This document shows, piece by piece, positions 40,465 to 51,532 of a stretch of DNA of 64,000 nt. Every line of letters starts with the position of its first letter. Positions within the stretch are counted from its first letter, which is position 1. This DNA is from Eledone cirrhosa (taxonomy: Eukaryota). The notes beneath the pieces were generated by a model. That model saw nothing but the letters and a program-made list of their open reading frames with translations. It did no database searches and was not told where the DNA came from. Location of the stretch: assembly GCA_964016885.1 (NCBI GenBank), contig OZ024742.1, positions 288,858,001 through 288,922,000 on the forward strand, read 5' to 3'. The translations under genes were made by a program, and so were the position numbers.

Positions 40465-40719
40465 TAATGATGACGAGTGATGATGATGGTGATGATGATG
40501 GTGGTGATGATGATGATGATGGAGGTGGGGGTGATGATGATGATGATGATGATGATGATTATGATGGTGATGATGATGATGGAGGTGGTGGTGATGATGG
40601 AGATGGTGGTGATGATAATGATAATGATGATGATGGTGGTCATGATGCTGATGATGGCGATGATGATGGCAATGATGATGATGATGGTGATGATCATAAT
40701 GATGATGCTGGTGATGATA

Positions 40720-40762
<43 letters not shown>

Positions 40763-40855
40763 CAGTGATGATGATGTTGATGATGGTGGTATTGATGATG
40801 ATGGTGGTGGTGGTGATGAAGATAATGATTATGGTGACGATGATGATGATGACAA
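40465..40855. repeat. Degenerate (GAT/GGT)n tract
   Basis: Direct reading; similar tract at 63290-63420. Confidence 0.92.
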
Positions 40856-41319
40856 CAACTAAATTAATTACACATATAAATTATGTTAATATACTATTTG
40901 ATTATCTGGCACTATGATCCCTTAATTCCTGATGGAGTTATAGGGGTGCCATCATGACATTTAACTCTTTAGCATTTACATTACTCTATATATATAGTAT
41001 TGTGTTTTCAAGGTAAAGGCTTTACCTCACATAATTATCTCACATAATATCGAATCTATGAGATTTTGATATTATTTATTTTGAGAACAACACTTTAACA
41101 TCAGTATGAGCAGCTGGTTACAGCTGGTTTGAACAAAAAGAGGTGAGAGAATTTTGGCTGGATACGGCCGGTTTAAATCCTAAAGGGTCCTTCAGCAGGT
41201 CTGGATACAACCAGTTTCTTCCAGAGAAACCTTGAAGTGGTGAGAGGCAAAATTAACCTTGGCAGAATTTGAACACAAAATGCAAAGAGCCACACCACAA
41301 ATCATTCTATCTAACCTAC

Positions 41320-41435
41320 TAACAACTCTACCAATACAGATAATTAACAACTCTACCAATACAGATAATTAACAACTCTACCAGTACGGATAATTAACAA
41401 CTCTACCAATACAGATAATTAACAACTCTACCACC
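41320..41435. repeat. 25-bp minisatellite
   Basis: AACAACTCTACC at 41321, 41346, 41371, 41396 and 41421. Confidence 0.9.
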
Positions 41436-42199
41436 TGTACAGCTAATTAATATTCTCATCCTAAACAGTTTTCATTTATTTCCTTATTTTAATTTTTTCA
41501 TCTATATATAAATTTGAGTGACTTCCATCTGTCACACAATGTATGTATAAGTGTGTGTATGTGTGTGTGTGTGTGTGTGAATGTATGTGTGTGTAAAATG
41601 AAGGAAGGGGATGATGAAAAAACTATAGCAAAACAGCAGCTAGCATTCCATTTTCTACGCTGTGTGTGTGTTTGAGTGAATGTTTGTGTATTTGTGTGAA
41701 TGTATGTCTGTGAGTGTGTATTTTCGTAAGTGTGTCTGTTTGCACGTTTATATTCATATATGCACATATATAAATGTATGCATATGCACATACACACACA
41801 TATGTCAGCATGTTGAAAAAAATTCTAGCCCTTTTGAGTCTCAAATTTTGTATTTATTATGCAATTTGTTGAACAAACTTTTGTTGAAACATTTACAAGA
41901 ATTAATAAATAAAGCTGAAGTTGAGGAAATCAATAGAATTTACTCTTGTTTTTGTTAGTTTGTATGGTGCACAGGAGAGCTAATTGAGTTCTAATTATTG
42001 ATGAAACCCACTGATTACCTAAAGGAATACATGTTGTGCATATATATATATATGCATAAGAGAATGAGGGTTTACTCCAAGTAGCCAATAACTGGCATAG
42101 TAGTATCATTGGCAATTGCTACAAAAATAAAACAAGATGCACTTAGAGAGAGGCATCAAATTGTTAGATCAGGTTATGAAGTCTACAGAATGAGTGATA

Positions 42200-42780
42200 G
42201 CAAAGTTGTTTAGGGATAGAGTTAATCTTGATGAGATGGAATTTGGCTTTATGCCATTTTCCTGGTAAGACAAATACAGGAAATACACTTAGCTAAGAAT
42301 AAACCCCTATACCTAGTATTTGTTGACCTGGAAAAGGTCTTTGACAAAATTTCATGCTCTATAATCTAGTGGGTACTCAGGAAACTAGGGATAGATGAAT
42401 GGCTTGTGAGAGTTGCACACGCCATGTACAAGAGTGCAGTCAGCAAAGTAAGAGGTAATGAGTACAGTGATAGATTTAGCATGCAGGTAGACATCCTCCT
42501 AGGGTCAATTCTCAGCTCCCTCTTGTTTGTTATAATCCTCTAGGCCATAACAGAGGAATTCAAGACTGGATGTCAATACGAACTCCTGTTTGTCAATCAT
42601 CTAGCCATCATAGCAGAAACTGTTGAAGATCTAGAGCAGTAGTCTTAGACATGGAAACAAAATCTGAAGTCTAGGGATCTGAAAATAAACTTAGCAAAGA
42701 CTAAAATTCCAGCAAGTAGGAAAGAGGAAGGGACTAAGATACCATCAGGTAGATGACCATGCTCAATATGCTGAAAAGGA
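42200..42780 (+). mobile_element. Decayed RTE RT fragment
   Basis: Degenerate match to the 17620-18190 region (KPLYLVFVDLEK..LRKLGIDEWLVR..EEFKTGC). Confidence 0.8.
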
Positions 42781-42863
42781 GTAACCCCCTGCTTATTCCA
42801 ACCCCCTATTATTTGGGATCCAAGAGTATATACATATATATATATGTATATATATATATATAT

Positions 42864-42958
<95 letters not shown>

Positions 42959-43169
42959 AGTGGTCATATCTGTATAATATGATCAAAGAACAGTGAACTA
43001 CAGATGTTTTCGATTCATTTTAGGAATAAATAAATCACAACCCAAGAATTCACAACATTTTGTCTTGGTTGAAAAAAAGAGTCCTTCCAAGACATGTGGT
43101 CATTGTCTTTACAGAATATATGTGAAACACCAATGAAACATGATGGGTCATATTTAGAAAATAATGAAA

Positions 43170-43440
43170 ATGTCTGTCTGTCTTCCTGTCTGTCTGCATG
43201 CCTGTTGTCTGTTTATCTGTGTGCCTGGTTATCTGTCTGTCAGCCTGTCTGTCTGTCTGTTTGCCTTCCTGTCTGTTTGTTTGCCTTCCTGTCTGTCTAT
43301 ATGTTTATCTATCTATCTAAATGTCTGTCTGTATGCCTGTCTGTCTTCCCACCTGACTGTCTGTCTATCTGTCTGTCTGTCTCTCTGTCTATCTGTCACC
43401 ATGCCTGTTTGTCTGCCCTTTCCATCATCAGTTTGTCTCT
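43170..43440. repeat. Degenerate (CTGT)n tetranucleotide tract
   Basis: Direct reading. Confidence 0.9.
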
Positions 43441-45034
43441 ATGTAATTCCATACAAGTATTCTTGATGATGATAATCTGCTGAAGAAGATTACACTGCTG
43501 CAACATGCTGATGATGTCCACTAACAAGAGTTGTGGGAGATATATCTCAACTGCTTAGTGCCTCAACAACTATCATAGTATGTAGAGCATTGTACTATTT
43601 TCTGATAATGGCAGTGATGGCAGAGAGAATAAGACTATAAACAAATATTCATTAATCTGTTAAGTTTACCAAATAGTTATAGTAATGTTTCTGTGATGCT
43701 GTGTAGTGCATATACTCATGTAAAAGTAGATTCCATGTTAAATGACAATCCTTTGTAAAAGTTGACTCTAATTTTTACCAAAAAATTTAGATATTTAATC
43801 AATTTAAACGTCTGTATAGAGCTGGTAAGCCATGCCAGACTGTGAACGATATCTAATATCACTTATAATTAAGAAACAAAAACAAGACAGACAAAAGACA
43901 AAAGAAACAGAGACAATTATAAAACAGTTAAATGTTTCTGTTTATCATGTATTTCATATAAAAGTTTACTACAGTTCTTCAGGATCGACAGATAAACATT
44001 TATGAATCAATCAATATATTATCCTAAACATAAATATTACGACGAGGAAATTAATATTTCTACAGTATTATATTCTGACGTACACAAAGTAGAGATATTT
44101 ATAAGAGCTACGTAACCTTATTTATGTGTTTTGGTAATAGGAAGTATGTTTTGATGACATTGGCATTGTCACTGTAATTCATTGCTTTACTTTTATTCAA
44201 TTTAGAGTCCATTTAGTCTTCTGTTTATTAACACAGTATTTTGGATTGTAGTATGGATTTCAGCCCCTTGAAAATAGTATCCATGTAATAGCTGACCCCA
44301 TAAATATAACCACCCTATAAAAAAAAAACAAAAAAAAAAAACACAACATTTTTTTTTTTACATGAATATATATATAGTATATGTTTCTATACATAGGTAT
44401 ATATGGTTTCTATCTATACATGAGTATATACAGTTTATGTTTATACATGAATGCCTATACATGAGTTGAGTATATACGATATATGTGTACATGCATGAGT
44501 ATATACAATAAATGGTTCTACACATCAGTATATACAATAAATGGTTCTACACATCAGTATATACAATATATAGTTCTTTACATCAGTATATACAATATAT
44601 AGTTCTACACATTGGTATATACAATATATGGTTCTACACATCGGTATATATGATATATGTTTCTGTGTTCATGCAGTGTTCAAATTACTTTTACTTTTTT
44701 TTTCTGATGTTTTTTTTTTAAATATAAATTATTATCATTTTAAAATTATTATTTTAAAATTACTATTATCTTAAAATCATTATTTTCAATTCATATTTTC
44801 AATTTTTAATTCTTGCAACTCATTGTGTTTGTTTTGGTTAGTTGCTTTGCTGTTGGATTGCTTGTATGGCTGTTTAGTTGCTTAATTGCTTTGCTGTTGG
44901 ATTACTTGGTTTCTTGTTTAGTTGCTTAGTTGCTTTGGTGCTGGATTACTTGTGTGGTTGTATAGTTGCTTTGGTGTTGGATTGCTTGGTTTGTTGCTTA
45001 GTTGTTTTGGTGTTGGATTGCTTGATTGTTAATT

Positions 45035-45270
45035 CAGTGGTTCTCAACCTTTTCACTACCAAGGACCCTTTTTACTTAAACAAATTCCACCCTCCCTGCT
45101 TTTACAACTACTCTCTTCCTAGATTGATATACAGTGAGAATAACAATCAAAAGAAAGAAATATGTATACTTTAAAAATGGATACCTGATAGTATGTGCAT
45201 ATTATGTTTTTAACAAAGTACTATATTTACAGATCCCCAGGGGCTGATAACCTCAGGTTGGGAACCACTG
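45035..45270. mobile_element. hAT/Charlie-like MITE just downstream of the GTPase stop
   Basis: 16-bp TIR CAGTGGTTCTCAACCT / AGGTTGGGAACCACTG; degenerate 8-bp TSD (TG/GC)TTAATT. Confidence 0.75.
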
Positions 45271-45319
45271 GCTTAATTAAGTAGTTATTACATTATCTTC
45301 CTTTGTTTTCTGTTTTCTC

Positions 45320-46003
45320 TCAAGAAATATTGCAGCTGTTTCGCTTCTTTCTTTTGGTATGAGATGTCATAATTGATATTTCTGGCATTGACTTCCGTCC
45401 TCGACGGAAAGCAGGCATACGCCGAAATTGCTGGACTTTTGCTTGATAAACCAATTCTTTAAATATATCTTCAATATTCACTTTTTCTTTGGCAGACGTT
45501 TCTACATAACCATGACCCCATTCCACTGCAACTAAGGCTTCAGCTGTTTCTTTCTCAATTATTCTAGTCTTTACTTCTACATCACATTTGTTGCCAACAA
45601 TGACGATTGGTAAATCCCATGTTTCTCGTTCCTCCAATATCAGGTCTCGCATTGCTTTCATCTCTTCAAAAGATTTCTCACAGTCTACGGAAAACACCAA
45701 CACGAAAGCATCGCTAGTAGAAATGGCTAATTTACGCATTGCAGGAAATTGGTAAGCACCAGATGTATCTAGGATATCAAGGATAATTCTAGTTCCATCC
45801 ATGACGAATTCTCCTCTGTGAAGTTCTTCAACTGTTTCATGGTAATCTGTCAGATATTTATCGTGAAGGAACTGGGAGACAATACATGTTTTACCAACTC
45901 GAGCAGCTCCCATAACCACCACTCGGTAATCTGCAGCATCACTTTCTGGGCATGACAGTTGTAAGCTGCCTCGACGATGAGCCAGTAGTGTTGGGTTAGG
46001 CAT
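45320..46003 (-). CDS. Ras-family small GTPase, RASD/Rhes/DIRAS-like, intronless CDS
   Basis: G1 GAARVGKT, G2 ETVEE, G3 DTSGAYQFPAMR (FPAMR is typical of RASD/DIRAS), G4 NKCD, G5 TSAK, polybasic tail and CaaX CNIS; 227 aa intact. Confidence 0.93.
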   Translation of the reverse strand: MPNPTLLAHRRGSLQLSCPESDAADYRVVVMGAARVGKTCIVSQFLHDKYLTDYHETVEELHRGEFVMDGTRIILDILDTSGAYQFPAMRKLAISTSDAFVLVFSVDCEKSFEEMKAMRDLILEERETWDLPIVIVGNKCDVEVKTRIIEKETAEALVAVEWGHGYVETSAKEKVNIEDIFKELVYQAKVQQFRRMPAFRRGRKSMPEISIMTSHTKRKKRNSCNIS

Positions 46004-46170
46004 TACAAGATGCTGAAAGGAATGTTCAGTAGGTGTAGAGATGTTGAAATGTTGAAAGTGTTATATTTATTTATAATAATGATTTTTCAAGATTATAGAT
46101 GAATCTTCAATTTCTAGGTAATGTTCAGAGACAAGGGTCAATGTTGAAAACTTCTTACAGTCTTCGTTGC

Positions 46171-46190
46171 CTGCAAGATAAAAAATATAA
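46171..46190 (-). promoter_or_regulatory. Splice acceptor ahead of the GTPase coding exon (5'UTR intron)
   Basis: Minus strand reads TTATATTTTTTATCTTGCAG|GCAACG, 167 nt upstream of the ATG. Confidence 0.6.
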
Positions 46191-46368
46191 TATAAAAAAC
46201 ATTATACATATATATATATATATATATATTATTGTGTAAAATGACAGGAGGTTGGACTGGCAAAATCCTATTATTACATCATGGTTAACGATATGGAATG
46301 AATAGTTCTATCCAGTGGTGAACTACCAAACTTAAATGAATATATATATTTATATATATATATATATA

Positions 46369-46668
46369 TAGAAGTGGTTACACAACAGTTAGTTCACCAT
46401 ACCGAGAACAATTGTTTCACCTTAGCGGATCCTCAGCTCGTAATGGACATGGTTATACAGAACAGGAAGGACAACCGTACGAACGCGCATTCGTACGGTT
46501 GTCCTTCCTGTTCCATATAACCATGCCCATTACGAGCTGAGGATCCGCTAAGGTGAAACAATTGTTCTTGGTATGGTGAACTAACTGTTGTGTAACCACT
46601 TCTACCTAACTCGTCCCATGGACTGAGTGCTCTACTACTACGGATATTACCTTCCAGTATTCTACCAC
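46369..46668. mobile_element. Fold-back Penelope-like terminus (115-bp arms + tail)
   Basis: 46369-46483 vs 46490-46604 inverted with ~4 mismatches; a hammerhead in each arm; tail ends CTACCAC; within (TA)n. Confidence 0.8.
46533..46570 (+). ncRNA. Minimal type I hammerhead ribozyme (mirror copy on - strand at 46403-46440)
   Basis: CGAG-CTGAGGA-TCCGCTAAGGT-GAAAC-AATT-GTT-CT(T/C)G; palindromic stem III ACAATTGT typical of dimer-active Penelope hammerheads. Confidence 0.72.
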
Positions 46669-46736
46669 TATATATATATATATATATATATACAATGATA
46701 TTAAATAAATGGAAACTATATTTATAAAACCATATT

Positions 46737-46800
46737 TATTTTATTATATATATTTCAAGGGTACCAAGACAACATTGGTACGCTTTCATCAGATAAAATA
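46737..46800 (-). ncRNA. Type I hammerhead ribozyme, canonical core
   Basis: Minus strand: stem I TATTTTAT/ATAAAATA (8 bp), CTGATGA, stem II AAGCGTACCAA/TTGGTACCCTT, GAAA, palindromic stem III (AT)n, AUA cleavage triplet. Confidence 0.8.
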
Positions 46801-46886
46801 CAAAGTTTGTTTTATAAATAGAGACATACCCATGGAAATCATACCTTATCGGTTGGAAATTCACTGGATAGTCATATATATATATA

Positions 46887-49315
46887 ACAAAGGAAATGTG
46901 GTAAGGAACCAGATGGACCATAACGCACCAAAGTACTCAATACTTAGGGTAGTAGAGTGGGTAATAGGAACGAGTAGGACCCCGACGGCTGAGCTGAAGC
47001 CGTTTCGACGGCTAATTCTGGACTAAATGAACATTTTTATCCTGGTACATGAATAGCTGAGCTTCTCAGGGGGTAATTCCATATATGGTAAAAGTGATTG
47101 TCACAAGGATTGGTCAAAAGTTTGTTGTTGAGACTCATAATCCTATCATGGCATTCTTCCGCGACTGGGGATTTAAAATAACCCTACAAACGTCCCTAAC
47201 CCGAGTAAACTTCCTGGACGTTACCCTTGACCTTGATAATGACCTGTACTACCCATACAGGAAACCCAACGACAACTTGCACTACATCCACTGCCGGTCA
47301 AACCATCCTAGAAACATCACCAATAACCTGGTTAAAAACATCTCCCTCCGCATATCTCGTTTGTCCGCTAATGAGCAGATATTCGAGGAACATGCGCCTT
47401 ATTACAACCAGGCCCTCAAGCGGAGTGGCTTCTGGGAGGAAATATCCTACTGTCCAGCTTCCATTAGTGAAACCAGCAGGCGACACCGCCGCTCACGCAA
47501 CGTAACATGGTTCAATCCTCCCCACAACGCCGAGGTGACAACACCTATCGGGAAAATCTTCTTTAGGCTCTTCGAAAAACACTTCCCACTACAACACCGC
47601 TACCACAACATAATCAACAAAAATACCATCAAACTCTCCTACAGCACCACACCTAACTTCGCACAAAAACATTGTCTCCTCTAACAACAAAAAACTCAAC
47701 CCGCAACTGTGCTGATGGATCCATTTGCCCCCTCGACAACAGATGCAGAGATCGTAATGTGATTTACCAGTGCAACGTGAGGACGGACACCTCCAACAAA
47801 GCTTATATAGGATTAACTGCCTGTGACTTCAAGACCTGGCTATACCAACACAGACATACTTTCCGAAACCCGGCCCGGCATCACGCCACCACACTTTCGG
47901 GCCACATCTGGGACCTCAAAGATAACAATATAACCTATGATCTCACTTGGAGATTACTGTCCAGAGCCAACTCATACATGGGAGGACGCCGTCCGTGGAA
48001 TTTATGCTCGGAGGAAACATTACAAATGCTGTTTTCGACGGACCAACTCCTAAACAAGAAAGACGAACTGGTAACTGCATGCAAACACAGATTGCGTAGG
48101 ACTTACCTCGCCCTCAAACCCCATAATGACACCCCACTTGCCGACTTTGTAATGGGTACCCCTGCTTGCAAAGGTAGACGTAAGATTTTCTTATATATTT
48201 TTTATTGTTTCCTCTACATTTCCTTCTTCCCCCCATCCCTTCCTAGTCCTTCCACCCCAGTTCTTCTTTGTCATCGTCCTTTTCACTTCCTCGCCCACCC
48301 CGAGGCAGCCCTTCGGTCCTTTGTAGCCTCATTACCCCCACCCCCATCCCCCATTCTATGATAGAATTGGCCGACTCCGCTTTTTATAGCAGATGTGATA
48401 GACCCCAGATACTTGCTTTCTTATTCGATGGCTGCCCCATTTCCGTGCTTTCTAGATTTCTTAGTGGTATCTCTGCTTTAGTTTCTCGTATATCTGTATT
48501 TATTTATTTTTTGGGGGTGGGGTGGGGGGGGATTCTGATTTAATTTTTCATATCAAATTTTTCATATATATCGTACGAGCATTTATGTAGTTTGTATTAG
48601 AATTTATGTATCGTAGCGGCACCCTTATATATCGTATTAGTATTCATTTTCGGGATTCTGAATTATTATTTCGTATTAGTTTTGGGACTCTGAATTATTA
48701 TTCCGTAGTAGTTTCTTTAGTATTTTGGCCCCCTACTTGTTGACCTGTCACTGTAAGATAGATTTGGACGATTACTACTAACTCATAAAATTCTTTCACT
48801 ACAATCTCGTATTTAGTATTCCGTCCCACCTATTAAACTTTTCTATACCAGTGAGAGACTTGATGATTGTGGTTAGGGAATAGTAACCAGAAATTGTTTT
48901 TTTTTTTAAAATATTTTTAACATTCTTATTATTCTTCTATATATTTACTCCATATTGATTTACTTATTGTTTCGACTTCCTCCCTCTCCCCCTCCCTAGT
49001 ATACTTCTCTTGACCTCTTATTCTTAGGATTCTGCTGTAGTTGGCACTATCAACGCATGACTGGGTTTCCTCCACTCCCTCTCCCTCTTTCTTCTACTGG
49101 CAAGTTCAGCTACCCCTTCCTTCCACAAAATGCCATGATAGAATTATGTGTCTCAACAACAAACTTTTGACCAATCCTTGTGACAATCACTTTTACCATA
49201 TATGGAATTACCCCCTGAGAAGCTCGGCTATTCATGTACCAGGATAAAAATTTTCATTTAGTCCAGAATTAGCCGTTGAAACGGCTTGAGCTCAGCCGTC
49301 GGGATCCTAATCGTT

Positions 49316-49320
<5 letters not shown>
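46887..49320 (+). mobile_element. 5'-truncated Penelope-like element (GIY-YIG type, possibly Naiad-like) with inverted 192-bp terminal repeat
   Basis: 47156-48120 encodes an RT C-terminus (VNFLDVTLDL..YRKPND..YIH..SNHP..WFNPP) then a GIY-YIG nuclease (CPLDNRC..NVIYQC..AYIGLT..FK..H), frameshifted near 47670; 46964-47155 is the reverse complement of 49129-49320; flanked by (TA)n. Confidence 0.9.
49210..49305 (+). ncRNA. Hammerhead-like motif with CTGAGAA core in the Penelope terminal repeat (mirror at ~46978-47075)
   Basis: ACCCC-CTGAGAA-G..CGGCTA...TAGCCG..-GAAAC-GGCT TGAGCTC AGCC-GTC-GGG(G/A)T. Confidence 0.5.
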
Positions 49321-49381
<61 letters not shown>

Positions 49382-49459
49382 CACATTTTACATACTAAGT
49401 CTGTTGTCTTTTTATTTCTAGTCATACATTTTTTTACAGTTGATGGATATAAATATTAG

Positions 49460-49880
49460 GGTGCTTGGGAAGCTGATGGAGTAAAAGATGTACTAATGAA
49501 AAACAAAATCAGGTGAGAGTATCTGTGAAAAGTAAAGAAGATAATAAAATCGAAAATCAATGACATAAGTACTATCAATGCCACAAACTCAAGAGCAATA
49601 TCTATTGTCAGATATAGCAAAGGAATAATTAAATGGACAATGGAAGAACTTGAGAAGTTAGATAGGAAAACAAAGAAGATGATGACAAGACAATATGCAG
49701 AGATTACACCCACAGGCAGACGTTGACAAGCTTTATTTCAAAAGAAAGTGGGGGAGAGAAAGAGAGAGAGAGATCAACAGAAAGGGGGGTGGTGATAGAG
49801 AGAGAGAGAGAAGGGGGTGCTGATAAGTGTAGAATTGTGTGAAGATAGAAGTAGAGAACCTGAAGAAGTATGTTGCTCTT
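49460..49880 (+). mobile_element. Decayed R4/Dong-like non-LTR RT fragment
   Basis: Translates to INATNSRAISIVRYSKGIIKWTMEELEKLDRKTKKMMT..LHPQADVDKLYFKRK, resembling the R4-clade post-RT motif. Confidence 0.6.
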
Positions 49881-51500
49881 AATAGCAGTGTGAGGAGAAG
49901 AGACACTAAGTCAAGGAAGAGAAAAAAGTGAAGTCCTGAAAGCTAGAAATACTTAGGATTAGTGGGTGTTTAAGGGAACCAGCAAATGAGTTACAAAAGG
50001 AGGTTAGAGTAGAAGCTGAAGATGTTTTTACAGTTGCAGTCAGAGAGAAAAATAGCCAACAGGATCAGAGAAATTATGATGAGACTGTTGGGACTTCTGA
50101 AGGAGAAGATGTAGATTGAACCCTAGTACTGCTGAGGATAGTTATACAAGAGAAGGGAACCAATTAAATGAGGAATCACTTGCATTTCAAAGACGGCTTA
50201 TGGATTTGATGAATGTCCTGAAGAAAAACCCCTGATGAATATGAGAATGGTGGAGCCCCAGCATAGCCTCATCTTGTCGGCTTCACTTTACAAAGTGGAC
50301 TGGGTGTTCTTTATTGTGACACCAGTACTACCACTTTACAGAGTAAGCTAGGGGATTTTTTTTATCATAGTGCCAGCACTATCATTTTACAATAATAGGG
50401 CAGGTCCTTTTTTTTTTTATTAGAATGACAAACATGTAGAATATTAATTGGGTTAGTAAAATTAGTGAATTAAAATATACTAATGATATTACAGATTATA
50501 TATGGGGGTATCATAAAATAATGTAACTAGATGGAGTAAAACCCTTAATTCATATAGAGACAAGGCTGTTGCAGTGGGTGTTGCTGGCCATTGTGTGTGG
50601 AAATAAATTCGCAGTTTTGTCCGCTTGTATTATATCGTAATCAGATTCGATCAGATCTGATACAATATAATATATAAGCGACCAAAATAGGGTTTCTATG
50701 GACATGTGGTTAGATGTCTCAGGATCAGGATCCGATCTGATCCTGAGACTTTCTAATAACAGACTGGATCGGATCAGATCAAATTGGACCAGATCTGAAC
50801 TGAGTTTTGGTGGTGGTGGCAGTGGTGGTGGTGTTGGAGAAGGGGGTGGGGGAGGATGAGGAGGGGTAGAGGAGAAGATGTCATATCACGCGTGTATATG
50901 TATTTGTGTGCAAATATATATATATATATATCAAAGGTATATATTGAGTTAGAAACTCAAAATAGTCTCTTACAATAAAATAGCTCTAGGAAAGAGATTA
51001 TGTATATATCTGTGTTCGTCTTTCTTTTATATTCAATTATAATATATATATATATATATATATAATAGAAAGAGTCAGGGCCCAAAGACAGCTCAGTCGT
51101 CATCCTCAACACTTTCTATTATAGTTACACTCTACTATCCCAAGTATCGAGTACTCTGTTGAATAATTGTTTTACTAGTTTAATACAGGTTTAATCCTGA
51201 TATATATGTATATATATATATGTATGTGTGTATATATATATATATCATCATCATCATCATCATCATCATTGTTTAACATCCATCTTCCACGCTAGCATGG
51301 GTTAGATGGGTTTGTCTCATTTAGAGGCAAGTTGGGTCAAGTGACTGTGTCTCGCTCATATAGGACTGTTTCTGGCTGGTTTTCTATGGCTGGATGCCCT
51401 TCATAGTGCCAACCACATTTACTGTGTGTGCTAGGTGCTTTTTACCTTGTCTTTTATATGACCACTTTACAGATGTATGTATATGTATATATATATATGC

Positions 51501-51532
<32 letters not shown>

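Noticed and set aside
40413-40917. Poly-Asp / poly-Met ORFs
   Set aside because: Translations of a (GAT)n microsatellite; no splice signals or domain.
47672-48120. Selenocysteine recoding in the Penelope ORF, as reported for some Naiad PLEs
   Set aside because: No in-frame TGA at cysteine positions in the visible part, and no SECIS could be identified by eye.
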